A stretch of 64,000 nt of DNA from a virus (IMGVR_UViG_2799112923_000001), one strand, 5' to 3'; positions 48,268-58,035 are shown, counted from the first letter of the stretch. Notes: generated from the sequence alone by a model not told the origin. Program-made: numbers and translations.

Positions 48268-48738
48268 GAATTTGTCCACAAAGAAAAATGCGGTCAGAAC
48301 GCATTGGACCTTTTCCTGGTGAGAGCCTCGTAACTAGGACTGTAGCAAACGAGGCAACGAATTTAACGCGGCACAATTATTCTTTTTGCGAATTTGTTTA
48401 AAACAAACACAGATTCCACCATAAGAAGAAATAATTTCGTACAAACGCAAATAATCCTAATGACGTCTAATGGAACGATTGTGAGTGCGGCGACCAATTA
48501 ACTAATGGCTGATAGACGATAAATAAAATGAAGATATGAATATGGTTGCGGGTTGAGTCTAGATATTCCTTCTAGAATTATTCATTTCTCGGAAGTGACG
48601 AATCGGTATTCTTCCGGGCCATTATTTTGAAATTTAAACGTCTCCTAGGCGGTTATTGGTTCTTTACAATTTTCTCCACTAATCAAAAGAAAATCTATTT
48701 TTTGTTTGTTGTTACCTCCTTGGGTTGTGGTTGACCCA

Positions 48739-48771
48739 ATGCTCACTAGCGAATGTTAGTGAGCATTTTTT
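48739..48771 (+). terminator. Terminator ending tRNA cluster 2
   Basis: ATGCTCACTAGC-GAAT-GTTAGTGAGCAT+T run. Confidence 0.85.
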
Positions 48772-48958
48772 GTAAGTACTGGTGCCATACTGACCAGTTT
48801 TTATTTAATTGGTATAGTTTACTATCCAACACAGAAATCGCCTTATAACGCAAGTACTGACGAATACTGTGTAAACAAACTTTTACAAAGAAATAGTTGC
48901 CAACCTGTATATTAGTTACTATATTATGGTTGTTAAAAATTAAAAGAGAGGTAAAAAT

Positions 48959-49150
48959 ATGAAGAAAGTTTATGTTCTCACATACAACACTATGGATAAG
49001 CCTGAACGTCGCATGATTTGGGGTGTTTATGGCTCAAAGGCAACAGATAAGGAAAACCACGATGAAGCAGAAAAGGCTCGTCAGGGCATTATCAAGCAGT
49101 ATGGTTCATTCCTAGCAGATACAGAAATTGATGAACAAGAAGTAAGGTAA
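48959..49150 (+). CDS. Hypothetical protein
   Basis: GAGGT RBS after promoter. Confidence 0.65.
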   Translation: MKKVYVLTYNTMDKPERRMIWGVYGSKATDKENHDEAEKARQGIIKQYGSFLADTEIDEQEVR

Positions 49151-49717
49151 ATGGATTATAAACAATCTATCGGTGCCGTTGTTAGGCATTTTTACGAACA
49201 CCATACTGATGTATGGTGTTTTTGTCCTGGTTTCCCTAATAATTACAAAGAAATGAAGTTATCCGAATTTGGTGAAACTGATGAAGAAATTGCGAACAAG
49301 ATAATAGACCAGTTACATGAAACTAAACTAGAATTTGAAATGTTCAGTTCCGACAACAGTCATCCAGGTGGTTCATTTTATGGGCCGTCATTGTATATTG
49401 AAAATGGTTATACTCCATTCCCAGATGGTGGAAAACCTAAATGGATTACTGGTACATTGAAAATGATACAACAAGTTCCAATGTTAAGGTATTATGGTGA
49501 TGATAAACGAATTTTCCAGTTAGGAAGTAAACCTGTAAATTTTTATTTCACACAACAGTTTAAAGGGCAAAACGATTTTGATAATTATTTGAAGTATTTG
49601 AAGAAAACAGAAGAAATAATCAAACACAACAAAGAATATCAAGATAGATTTGAAATTGATAAGAAATATGTAAAAGCCCAAGACCTGGAACAAGCAATTC
49701 AAACTGATTTTGATTAA
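49151..49717 (+). CDS. Hypothetical protein, DF-tail family
   Basis: Ends LEQAIQTDFD. Confidence 0.75.
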   Translation: MDYKQSIGAVVRHFYEHHTDVWCFCPGFPNNYKEMKLSEFGETDEEIANKIIDQLHETKLEFEMFSSDNSHPGGSFYGPSLYIENGYTPFPDGGKPKWITGTLKMIQQVPMLRYYGDDKRIFQLGSKPVNFYFTQQFKGQNDFDNYLKYLKKTEEIIKHNKEYQDRFEIDKKYVKAQDLEQAIQTDFD

Positions 49718-49863
49718 CACAGTTCGCCACCAAACAAAATGATTATTGTGGCTATTGAAAAATTATAAATAATAAACTATATTATAACTACTAAAATGGT
49801 TTACATTTAGCCCCCTGAGCAATTTGTGTATGGGATTGGTTAAATGGTTTGCCTTAAAATCTA

Positions 49864-49985
49864 CCACCCGTGGTGTAATGGTAGCACGGTAGGATATAAT
49901 AGAGATAAATTATTATTGATTTTTATAATAGAGTTATATAATAATAATTGGAATCAGGTGGGTGGTTCAAATCCCCCGGGGTGGT
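49864..49985 (+). ncRNA. tRNA-like RNA with AT-rich insertion replacing anticodon arm
   Basis: CCACCCG-TGGTGTAATGGTAGCAC 5' half; GGTTCAAATCCC-GGGGTGGT 3' half. Confidence 0.6.
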
Positions 49986-49998
49986 CTAAATTAGAATT

Positions 49999-50166
49999 TG
50001 GGTATAGTTCCCTGCACACAGTTCTAGAATGCGTGTTCAAGAAGCCCGCAGTAAGACCTCTGTGAAAGGTTTGGTGAGTTATCCTTGTCGCAAGGCACGA
50101 AGATTTGAAAGGGAATAAATGGATTAGATAGCAACTCAACTATCGCCGGGCGCAGTCCAATACCCA
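49999..50166 (+). ncRNA. Candidate structured RNA (about 170 nt)
   Basis: TGGGTAT/ATACCCA closing stem, TTCCCT/AGGGAA, GCCCG/CGGGC, GAGTT/AACTC. Confidence 0.45.
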
Positions 50167-50193
50167 TCACATTTAATACAAAGGAAAAACAAG

Positions 50194-50349
50194 ATGAAAA
50201 AGAAGAAAGTAGTTATTGAGAAAGAAACACAGGAACAGAAAGAAGCTCGTTGGAAGAAGAATTTGAAGATGGCACGAAGTTTTGCTAAACAAGCAGGTGT
50301 AAAGAAAGAAAAGAAAGTAGAAAAGCAATCGGAAAAATACGATTACTAA
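50194..50349 (+). CDS. Small Lys/Glu-rich protein (51 aa; not in ORF track)
   Basis: AAGGA RBS. Confidence 0.55.
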   Translation: MKKKKVVIEKETQEQKEARWKKNLKMARSFAKQAGVKKEKKVEKQSEKYDY

Positions 50350-50357
50350 CTACAGTT

Positions 50358-50440
50358 GGAGGATTAGCCTAATTGGTAAGGCAGCAGATTACTAATCTGC
50401 CGCGGGAAACCGCTTGGGGGTTCAAGTCCCTCATCCTCCG
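50358..50440 (+). tRNA. tRNA-Ser(ACT)
   Basis: GCAGA-TTACTAA-TCTGC, long variable arm, G73. Confidence 0.85.
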
Positions 50441-50457
50441 TTAATTGAGAACAAACT

Positions 50458-51252
50458 ATGAAAATTTATCCAAACTTAGCTGTTGAAGAATCAAACACAT
50501 CAATACAATATGCTCGTCAGTATGCAGCATATACCAGAGACGAAATTTTAGACTGGGTTAATCTAAAATGTTTGAGAGCATGTGAGAAACCTGATGAAAG
50601 AATAATTTGTGTAAGAACTGGTATTCAATGTGATAAAAGAATACAGAAGTATTTAACATTTGTATTCTATAATTACTCTGATAAAGAATATCTTTTATCC
50701 AAAATAGATACAAGAGATTGCTGGTATCAGGACCATAACAACGGTTGGATGTTCTCATATTATACTTGGGGAGATGCCTGCACATTTTTTAGAGATATGG
50801 GTTTATCCCTTGATGACCTGTATGCTAAATATGAAAAGAAATTTGAGAATACTATTGCTGAATACGATAAGTATATCAAAGATAAAATAGAGCAGCAGAA
50901 AATCTACGACATTGACACCGACGATTTTGAAGGTGAATTGCTATTTATGGCCGAGAAATATGGTTATAAATTTGAATCTGAGTTCGCTAGTAATGTGCCA
51001 ACTAAAAAGAATTATCATTTTACACACCCAACAACAGGTGCTTCAATAGATTACTATGTTAAACAGGTAAAGAAATATAATTATGTTTGTTGGGAGGTAT
51101 CTGCTAGTACTCCCTGGACTAAAGAATACTACTCAGTTTATGTGGATAGTTTTGAAGCCATTAAACGAATATCAGAGGGCTATATGATGATGTTCGCCCA
51201 ACCATTTATAGAAACAGATTGGCGAAATTTGCCCACATTCAAAGAAAAGTAA
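50458..51252 (+). CDS. Hypothetical protein with internal DF-tail-like segment
   Basis: KIEQQKIYDIDTDDFE mid-protein. Confidence 0.75.
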   Translation: MKIYPNLAVEESNTSIQYARQYAAYTRDEILDWVNLKCLRACEKPDERIICVRTGIQCDKRIQKYLTFVFYNYSDKEYLLSKIDTRDCWYQDHNNGWMFSYYTWGDACTFFRDMGLSLDDLYAKYEKKFENTIAEYDKYIKDKIEQQKIYDIDTDDFEGELLFMAEKYGYKFESEFASNVPTKKNYHFTHPTTGASIDYYVKQVKKYNYVCWEVSASTPWTKEYYSVYVDSFEAIKRISEGYMMMFAQPFIETDWRNLPTFKEK

Positions 51253-51337
51253 ACAAAAATTTACACAGTTTTATGAAAATCCTATTGACAATCAATAGGA
51301 TTTTTTCTATATTATATGGTATAAAAGAGAGGTAACT

Positions 51338-51550
51338 ATGGCAACAATTACAAATGTTAAAATGATTGATGTTCGTGCTTTGGATGTGTTTATGGTTCTT
51401 ACATCTGATACGAATGAATACAACTATGGAAATTGGTCGGCAAAGAAGTTGATTGAACTCTATGCTGCCGAAATCAACAAAGATTTTCAAAATAAGAAAA
51501 CACCTGAACAGGTTGCTAAGCATATCGTTAAACTCTATATGAAGGACTAA
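51338..51550 (+). CDS. Hypothetical protein
   Basis: GAGGT RBS after promoter. Confidence 0.7.
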   Translation: MATITNVKMIDVRALDVFMVLTSDTNEYNYGNWSAKKLIELYAAEINKDFQNKKTPEQVAKHIVKLYMKD

Positions 51551-51553
51551 TTT

Positions 51554-51796
51554 ATGTGTAAGATTTGCGACCATATTGCTACAACTCGTTCCCCAATTCA
51601 AATCACCGCTCAATGGACTGCTACCCAGCATTCATCCACCATTACAACCGACCTTTCTAAATGCCAAATTGGTGTGTTCAATGAAGAAACTGGTGATTAT
51701 GATATGGTAGAATGGAAGGTTTGCCCGGTATGTGGCAAGCAGTTGAAGATTGAACCATGTAAAACAATGGAAGATATTGTAAAGAGGGAAGGCTAA
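51554..51796 (+). CDS. Small zinc-ribbon protein
   Basis: CKIC...CPVCG. Confidence 0.7.
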   Translation: MCKICDHIATTRSPIQITAQWTATQHSSTITTDLSKCQIGVFNEETGDYDMVEWKVCPVCGKQLKIEPCKTMEDIVKREG

Positions 51797-52170
51797 TGTA
51801 TAAAAGTTCTCGTAGCGAAAACCAACTCCAGTTTGATGTAACGAATGTGAAGCTCGGACAGCTCCCAGGTGTGTTTGATACAGTCACCAACGAAGGAGCA
51901 TTTTTCAAGAATTTCTCTGATGATTGGGCAAATGGATATTGGGAAGATGGCTGGGATGTTGAACCGACCAAGGTAGCTGGTACTTGGTTTGACTATTTGC
52001 GTAAGAAAACTGAAGCATGGATTAACCCTGCTTATGATACATTTGATACTGACGATGATTTTGTTTGTAGAACTGTGTATCCCGAAAACCAAAAGCGAGA
52101 TGTAGCAGTTTCTGTAATTTTTGATAACACTAACGATATTGTAGTCGGTTGGTTTATTGACGCCGACTAA
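51796..52170 (+). CDS. Hypothetical protein
   Basis: TAATG coupling. Confidence 0.7.
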   Translation: MYKSSRSENQLQFDVTNVKLGQLPGVFDTVTNEGAFFKNFSDDWANGYWEDGWDVEPTKVAGTWFDYLRKKTEAWINPAYDTFDTDDDFVCRTVYPENQKRDVAVSVIFDNTNDIVVGWFIDAD

Positions 52171-52184
52171 AGGAATAAAAAACT

Positions 52185-52334
52185 ATGGTAAATGCTTATT
52201 TGGGTATCTTTCTTAAAGATGGTGAACGAAAGACTGTAAAGTATTTGGCAGATGATATTGAAACTGCTGAAAAAGAATTAAAAGAAATCGCAACAACACA
52301 GGGTTCTATCCTGGAAGATGTTATGGAGGTCTAA
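52185..52334 (+). CDS. Small hypothetical protein (49 aa; not in ORF track)
   Basis: AAGGA RBS, TAATG overlap with next gene. Confidence 0.6.
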   Translation: MVNAYLGIFLKDGERKTVKYLADDIETAEKELKEIATTQGSILEDVMEV

Positions 52335-52753
52335 TGATTTTAATAACTAAGTCCGAAATTGACGAATTGTGTGCTTGCTATAATCTCACAATGACTAACA
52401 ACAAACCATTTAATACATTGGTAGGGTTTGCTGTTCCTGACGATGAACATTTCTATCTCGTTATCTCACACCCAGCATTACAAAATGATAAGGAAGAAGT
52501 TGTGTGTTTGAATAAAACATATAATAATTGCTATCGGGTAACTCGTTTGTTTGATAAATTTGAAGAAAAAGACGATTATGGCCGAGACACACGAACTTTA
52601 GGACCGAGAGAAAGAAACATTTTTAGACAAACTCTATTTTCTTACACAGAATTAAAGCTTCGCCTAAACAAATTGAGTGGTGAACTTAATGATTATGTTC
52701 GCAATAAAGTAACGAACAAGAATTTAGCAGAAATTAACAGTGATTTTGAATAA
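52334..52753 (+). CDS. Hypothetical protein, DF-tail family
   Basis: Ends LAEINSDFE. Confidence 0.75.
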   Translation: MILITKSEIDELCACYNLTMTNNKPFNTLVGFAVPDDEHFYLVISHPALQNDKEEVVCLNKTYNNCYRVTRLFDKFEEKDDYGRDTRTLGPRERNIFRQTLFSYTELKLRLNKLSGELNDYVRNKVTNKNLAEINSDFE

Positions 52754-52767
52754 AGGAGAAATAAACT

Positions 52768-53718
52768 ATGGCAGTTAAAACTATTCACACATTTAAGCAG
52801 TTATGCGAACGTATCATTATGAATGGTCCTGAAGACCAGAACTATTACAGTGATGAAGCACAACCAGATGTAGTTTACATTTCAAAGGAACTCAATGATG
52901 GAGCGAATGACATTAAGTTGTGGTATTCTGTAACCGGCAACGGTCGCCCAGTATATCTCGGGTACACTGGTTTGTGTTATTTCCCAAATGGCTCTCTCGT
53001 TGTGGATGATGTAAAGCCAACGATTAAGCCAAAGCCACAGTGGGATTATCCAATGAGCCATAAGCAAATTTTGGATTTGGCAAATTCTCGTTTGGCTAAG
53101 TATGGTTTATCAATGGAAAATTTCAGTTCCCAGTGGAATGATAAACATAAGAACTCAAAGATTTTAAAGTTGGAAAAGATTCCTGGTTGTAAGAAACGAT
53201 TCTGCTATGACCAGCCCCGATATTGTTCTGTTTGTAGCATTTCTTATGAAACTTCACCAAAGCAGGTTTTCTTTGGTTGTAATCTTGACGATGTGGATAG
53301 TGATTTTATGAAAGAAGGCAGACTGCAAGCTTCTTCTACCTATATCAAGATTCCATTGGCATTTAGACTAATTGAAGAAGATTACGCAATCTACTATGAC
53401 AACAATAAGGACCACGAATGGAAGAAGTATGGTTCTGTTGCGTATAATTTGGATTTGGTAGTTTGTAGAACACCTGAAGAAATCAATGCTTGGTTTGACA
53501 AGTTTGACGCATATTATTCTCGTCTCCAGGAACAGGCAAAGATTACATCCGAAGTATTTGATTATGTTAAGACTAATGGTAAACCATATAAGGACATTAT
53601 GAAAACATATACAAAGCGAACTCAGCAATACAAGGATGCTCGTAAGAACTACGAAGATATGATTTTAGGACAAATTAAGAGAATTACAGCTCTTGACAAA
53701 ATTAACAATGACTTCTAA
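52768..53718 (+). CDS. Hypothetical protein, DF-tail family; paralog of 53734 ORF
   Basis: Shared LAN.RLAK...KRFCY...DSDFM.EG.LQASSTYIK.PLAF...QIKRITA.D.INNDF. Confidence 0.8.
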   Translation: MAVKTIHTFKQLCERIIMNGPEDQNYYSDEAQPDVVYISKELNDGANDIKLWYSVTGNGRPVYLGYTGLCYFPNGSLVVDDVKPTIKPKPQWDYPMSHKQILDLANSRLAKYGLSMENFSSQWNDKHKNSKILKLEKIPGCKKRFCYDQPRYCSVCSISYETSPKQVFFGCNLDDVDSDFMKEGRLQASSTYIKIPLAFRLIEEDYAIYYDNNKDHEWKKYGSVAYNLDLVVCRTPEEINAWFDKFDAYYSRLQEQAKITSEVFDYVKTNGKPYKDIMKTYTKRTQQYKDARKNYEDMILGQIKRITALDKINNDF

Positions 53719-53733
53719 AAGGAGAATAAACTA

Positions 53734-54492
53734 TTGCCAGCAAGTAATACTATTCAACAGCTCATTCAGCTCGCACAGTCTTTCCAAAATTCTATCACAT
53801 CGGGTCAACCAGTCAATCTCAACCAGGTCTTTGGGTCACCTAGCCAGCAGAAAACATTCAATATGAACATCGCAGACATTGAAGCTCTCGCTAATGCTCG
53901 TCTAGCAAAGAATAGTTTGGCTCTCAAGTCCTATCACGAAGACCCAGATTGGGATTTCAAGTGTGTTAAGGGAGAGGATATTCCAAATTTCACAAAGAGA
54001 TTCTGTTATTTCCGAGAAGGCTTTGCTGGAGAATGTTTGTGTGGTCTTTCTATGCAATCGGGTAAGCCAGCTCTCATTTGTGCTGACATTAATGACATTG
54101 ATAGTGATTTTATGAGCGAAGGTAATCTCCAGGCCTCATCTACCTATATCAAACACCCTCTAGCATTTCATTTGTTTAGATTTGGTGACCTGATGCATTT
54201 TGACCAGGGCTTGTGTTTTGGTGTTCCTGTAGAAGTTCTCGCCACTGAAGACGAAATTAACGCATGGTTTGATAAGTTTGATTCTATCTATCCTCGTCTC
54301 CAGGCTCAAAATACTATGGTTGCCGAGGTCTATAAGAATGTTAAAGAACTTGGTAAGCCATACAAAGATATTATGAAAACTTATCAAAAGCGAACAAATG
54401 AATACAAGGAAGCCCGTAAGAACTATGAAGAAATGATTTTAAATCAAATCAAGCGAATTACGGCTGTGGACCAGATTAACAACGATTTCTAA
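53734..54492 (+). CDS. Hypothetical protein, DF-tail family; paralog of 52768 ORF
   Basis: TTG start after AAGGAG; ends AVDQINNDF. Confidence 0.8.
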   Translation: MPASNTIQQLIQLAQSFQNSITSGQPVNLNQVFGSPSQQKTFNMNIADIEALANARLAKNSLALKSYHEDPDWDFKCVKGEDIPNFTKRFCYFREGFAGECLCGLSMQSGKPALICADINDIDSDFMSEGNLQASSTYIKHPLAFHLFRFGDLMHFDQGLCFGVPVEVLATEDEINAWFDKFDSIYPRLQAQNTMVAEVYKNVKELGKPYKDIMKTYQKRTNEYKEARKNYEEMILNQIKRITAVDQINNDF

Positions 54493-54505
54493 GGAGAAAC
54501 TTATT

Positions 54506-54940
54506 ATGGCATATTCTGTTGGTGATTTTAAGAAAATGATGAAAGATGCGTATAAAACCGCATTTGGTTATCGCGGTGCCACCGGTTTTAATATCTATCG
54601 CAGATATGCCGGTAATAAGTTCCGTTATTGTAGTGAATGTGAAGTTAACGAACTAAATGCTCCAGGTGGTTTCACTCATTGGATTCCTAAGGCTAATCCC
54701 ACAGATCCAAAGAAAGTAAAATACATTGGTTTTTGGTTCGGTGTGTATATTACAGATGCTACCGGAACTAGAATGGATTTACATTATATTCATTTTATGT
54801 ACGAAGATACTACTATCCTTGGTGTATGTTATGAAGATTTTGATAATCCACAAACACAGCTTCAAATTAATAGTGGTATCACACCTACCACAACTCCAAT
54901 GAATGTTCAGTTAAACGATTTCATACAGGCTTTTAAGTAA
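54506..54940 (+). CDS. Hypothetical protein
   Basis: AAGGAG RBS. Confidence 0.7.
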   Translation: MAYSVGDFKKMMKDAYKTAFGYRGATGFNIYRRYAGNKFRYCSECEVNELNAPGGFTHWIPKANPTDPKKVKYIGFWFGVYITDATGTRMDLHYIHFMYEDTTILGVCYEDFDNPQTQLQINSGITPTTTPMNVQLNDFIQAFK

Positions 54941-55245
54941 TGAACTTATTCCAAATTAAAAATCTACTAGAGAAAGACGCAGATCTAATTAAGACCTTGG
55001 ATAGCAATTCAAGTTTCCGATTTGATTGCAAACTAGAATATGAATACCAGGGACATGGTATTCTCTCAGTAGATGGTGGTTGGGTTCAGGTTGCCGGTCT
55101 AAACATTTATATGGAATATCTCAGTAAGAAAGACCTTCTTTCTAGGATAGAGATAGGAAAAGAGAGAATCCGTAATCTTATTAGAGAGAATAAAGAAAGA
55201 CTTGTTGAAATTCATTTAAAACAAATGAATATGGATTTTGAATGA
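54940..55245 (+). CDS. Hypothetical protein, DF-tail family
   Basis: Ends LKQMNMDFE. Confidence 0.7.
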   Translation: MNLFQIKNLLEKDADLIKTLDSNSSFRFDCKLEYEYQGHGILSVDGGWVQVAGLNIYMEYLSKKDLLSRIEIGKERIRNLIRENKERLVEIHLKQMNMDFE

Positions 55246-55562
55246 TTTTTGAACATATTGCTGATATAGAAAAATTGTTAAAGAAATATGGATTTTCTTT
55301 GAACCGATACCATGATTCTGTAATCACTCGTTGGAATTTGTATTATAATAATTCCGGCGGAAGTATTGCTGAGTTATGGAAGAATAATAAATTGGGTCAG
55401 TATAAAATACGATATGAACAGAGTGCAGGAAATGTGCCAGCATATTCTATGGAATTATGCGATGATGAAAAATTTGAACAGTATCTAATAGATTATATTA
55501 GAGAAAGAAAAGAAGCCAATGTAAGAATTAAATTATCCGATATAAAAAAGGATTTTGAATGA
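55242..55562 (+). CDS. Hypothetical protein, DF-tail family
   Basis: Ends LSDIKKDFE. Confidence 0.7.
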   Translation: MIFEHIADIEKLLKKYGFSLNRYHDSVITRWNLYYNNSGGSIAELWKNNKLGQYKIRYEQSAGNVPAYSMELCDDEKFEQYLIDYIRERKEANVRIKLSDIKKDFE

Positions 55563-55846
55563 CTTTTGAAAGATTTAAAGAAATGGTAAAACAAGACCCT
55601 ACAATTATTGTAGTTATAGATACACCTAAAAAATTTGTTTGTAACTACAATGAGAGAGAATTGTTATCTTCTAATGGTGCAGTTGTTCTCTCGTTTAATA
55701 TGAATATGCGTTATGAGTATATGAGTGAAGAAATGGCTAAGTTCGTTATCCAAAATGGTAAAGATTATGTTAATCATTATATTAAATGGGATAAAGAACT
55801 TAGAGAAACTGAAAGATTAGAAGAAATACAGAAGGATTTTGTATGA
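55559..55846 (+). CDS. Hypothetical protein, DF-tail family
   Basis: Ends LEEIQKDFV. Confidence 0.7.
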   Translation: MTFERFKEMVKQDPTIIVVIDTPKKFVCNYNERELLSSNGAVVLSFNMNMRYEYMSEEMAKFVIQNGKDYVNHYIKWDKELRETERLEEIQKDFV

Positions 55847-56154
55847 TTACTCTTGACCGAATTAGAGAACTATGTTTACAGTTTGGTTATAAACCATTTG
55901 ATAGAGAACCAAACGAATACCATATTGGAGAGTCTTCAGTATTTAAAGTATTACCAAATGAAACTAGCAAAAATGTAGTTTACTGGGACACGATGTATAC
56001 TTTGGGTACAAGATACTCTAATACAGATTTGACTGAAGAAAAAGTAATTGAAATGATTAAAGAAAATCTAAAATGTGTTCAAAAACACGAAGAAATGAGA
56101 AAGAAAAAATTAGAACACAGAATGTTGAGCAGTATTCAAGAGGATTTTAGATGA
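55843..56154 (+). CDS. Hypothetical protein, DF-tail family
   Basis: Ends LSSIQEDFR. Confidence 0.7.
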   Translation: MITLDRIRELCLQFGYKPFDREPNEYHIGESSVFKVLPNETSKNVVYWDTMYTLGTRYSNTDLTEEKVIEMIKENLKCVQKHEEMRKKKLEHRMLSSIQEDFR

Positions 56155-56552
56155 TTACTTTGTGCCAAATTAAAGCATTACAGAGAGAATTTGATTTAAC
56201 CTATACTGAAGAATTTGGCTATATCACTATAGGCTCTAAACATCCAGCATGGGAACTAAAGCATGGGCAAATGGCATTAGCACAGTTCTCTTATTGGGAA
56301 TGTGAAAAACAATACAATTTAATCTATCTCGCTGCCGTAATTCACAAAACACCGAATGAATTTATTCTATTACCCGCTGGCTATGATAAAGATGGAACAA
56401 ATGTTGCCTCTATCCATGCTCCACCTCTCTCTTACGAACAACTGCGTATTCACCTTAAATCTCTCCTTGAAGATTTTGATTATCTCTCCCTCTATAAGAA
56501 ACAACTAAAATTACAACAAAATATCTCTAATATCTCTCATGATTTTAAATAA
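56151..56552 (+). CDS. Hypothetical protein, DF-tail family
   Basis: Ends ISNISHDFK. Confidence 0.7.
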   Translation: MITLCQIKALQREFDLTYTEEFGYITIGSKHPAWELKHGQMALAQFSYWECEKQYNLIYLAAVIHKTPNEFILLPAGYDKDGTNVASIHAPPLSYEQLRIHLKSLLEDFDYLSLYKKQLKLQQNISNISHDFK

Positions 56553-56868
56553 AGACTCTCTCATACAATTATTAACCCAAAATGGGTGTGAGTATTGCTC
56601 CTGCCCACCTTCTCTCACTTACAAAGATTATAGATTTCTATCCTTTAATCATTGGTTTTATGATACAGATACAGATTTTAGATTACATACACATCTAACT
56701 AAAACACTCATGACTAATCATGGGTTAAGATGTAAGTATACAAATACCTCTCCTGAATTTATTCTCTATCATTTAGAGAAATTCAAAATGTGGGTAGATA
56801 GGCTCTCTCTCAAAGAAAAACAAGAAAAACTTACTAATATGATTGGCAAAATTCAAGAGGACTTCTAA
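56539..56868 (+). CDS. Hypothetical protein, DF-tail family
   Basis: Ends IGKIQEDF. Confidence 0.7.
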   Translation: MILNKDSLIQLLTQNGCEYCSCPPSLTYKDYRFLSFNHWFYDTDTDFRLHTHLTKTLMTNHGLRCKYTNTSPEFILYHLEKFKMWVDRLSLKEKQEKLTNMIGKIQEDF

Positions 56869-57323
56869 TGAACTTAACTTTGGAAGAAATAGAACATATT
56901 TGTAGTAGATATAATCTACAGTTTATCCAAACAAGTCCAACAGAACATCAATTATTTCTTCGCTCTGATATATTTGGGGCATATTCTTATCCTGAATTGG
57001 GAGGTTATATCTTACCTGTAGCCGATTTTAAAATGACCGCCGACATCCATTCCAAATATGCTCTATACAATACTTATAATGCTTTTCTTATGAGAGACTT
57101 CCAAACAATACCACCTTATATCTGTTTATTCCGAGCCATCACACCCGCTGAAAAATCTCATGGTGATATTATCTTTCTTAATACCCAATTCACTTATATC
57201 CCAGATTCTATACAGTTTATGAATTATATCCATTGGATATTAGATACTATCCCGGAAGCATCCAAATATCTCAAACAATATAAACAAAATAAACTTTTTG
57301 AACAAATACAAAAGGATTTTTAA
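56868..57323 (+). CDS. Hypothetical protein, DF-tail family
   Basis: Ends FEQIQKDF. Confidence 0.7.
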   Translation: MNLTLEEIEHICSRYNLQFIQTSPTEHQLFLRSDIFGAYSYPELGGYILPVADFKMTADIHSKYALYNTYNAFLMRDFQTIPPYICLFRAITPAEKSHGDIIFLNTQFTYIPDSIQFMNYIHWILDTIPEASKYLKQYKQNKLFEQIQKDF

Positions 57324-57658
57324 TGCTTATCCCTTATTCTAAATTAGAGAATGTAAGAACTTTGTTCACGAATTTAGGTATTAAAGATACCAATTATGGT
57401 GTATTTGAAGAATTTTATATCTCCCGCCCACACTTGGCTAATTTAGTAATAGCCGAATTACATAAAGATGTTCCCGGCTTCGCTATCTTACTCTTTAAAA
57501 TCTATATCAAAGATAATAACCTGTATAATGATAGAAATGATAGAATCCTAATAGATAATATCCCAGATCTAATCTCTACCCTTGACAATTATTCTTTAAT
57601 TCTTAAACAATACGAACAAATACTAGAAATTAAAAAGATTAAGAAGGATTTCCTATGA
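57323..57658 (+). CDS. Hypothetical protein, DF-tail family
   Basis: Ends IKKIKKDFL. Confidence 0.7.
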   Translation: MLIPYSKLENVRTLFTNLGIKDTNYGVFEEFYISRPHLANLVIAELHKDVPGFAILLFKIYIKDNNLYNDRNDRILIDNIPDLISTLDNYSLILKQYEQILEIKKIKKDFL

Positions 57659-58035
57659 ATCGTTATAGATTAAAAGACATTTATTCTCTATGTGGTCTTT
57701 TTCCTAATGACTTCAAGGTTTATAAAAACTCTACCTCTTATGGTATTACATCTCTCAAACTGAACACTATTATTATAGCATTTCAACAAGTATCTAATAC
57801 ACGATATGAAATTCATGCTATAACAAACTGTTTTATGTTTTCTAATGGTGGTATCGCACCTTGTGATTCTAATAGAATGGTATCCGATATATTTACTGAC
57901 TATGTGTTTAAGAATGTACCAAACAAATTATCCGATTATTTAAGATATTTTCGTGATAATTTCCAATATGTAGAAAAAGCATATAAAGAATACTTATATG
58001 CCAAAAAACTAAACAATATATCTGAGGATTTTTAA
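57655..58035 (+). CDS. Hypothetical protein, DF-tail family
   Basis: Ends LNNISEDF. Confidence 0.7.
   Translation: MNRYRLKDIYSLCGLFPNDFKVYKNSTSYGITSLKLNTIIIAFQQVSNTRYEIHAITNCFMFSNGGIAPCDSNRMVSDIFTDYVFKNVPNKLSDYLRYFRDNFQYVEKAYKEYLYAKKLNNISEDF

Noticed and set aside
48210-48401. tmRNA (ANE.. frame after a pseudoknot)
   Set aside because: No tRNA-Ala-like ends, and the frame does not end in an ALAA-type tag
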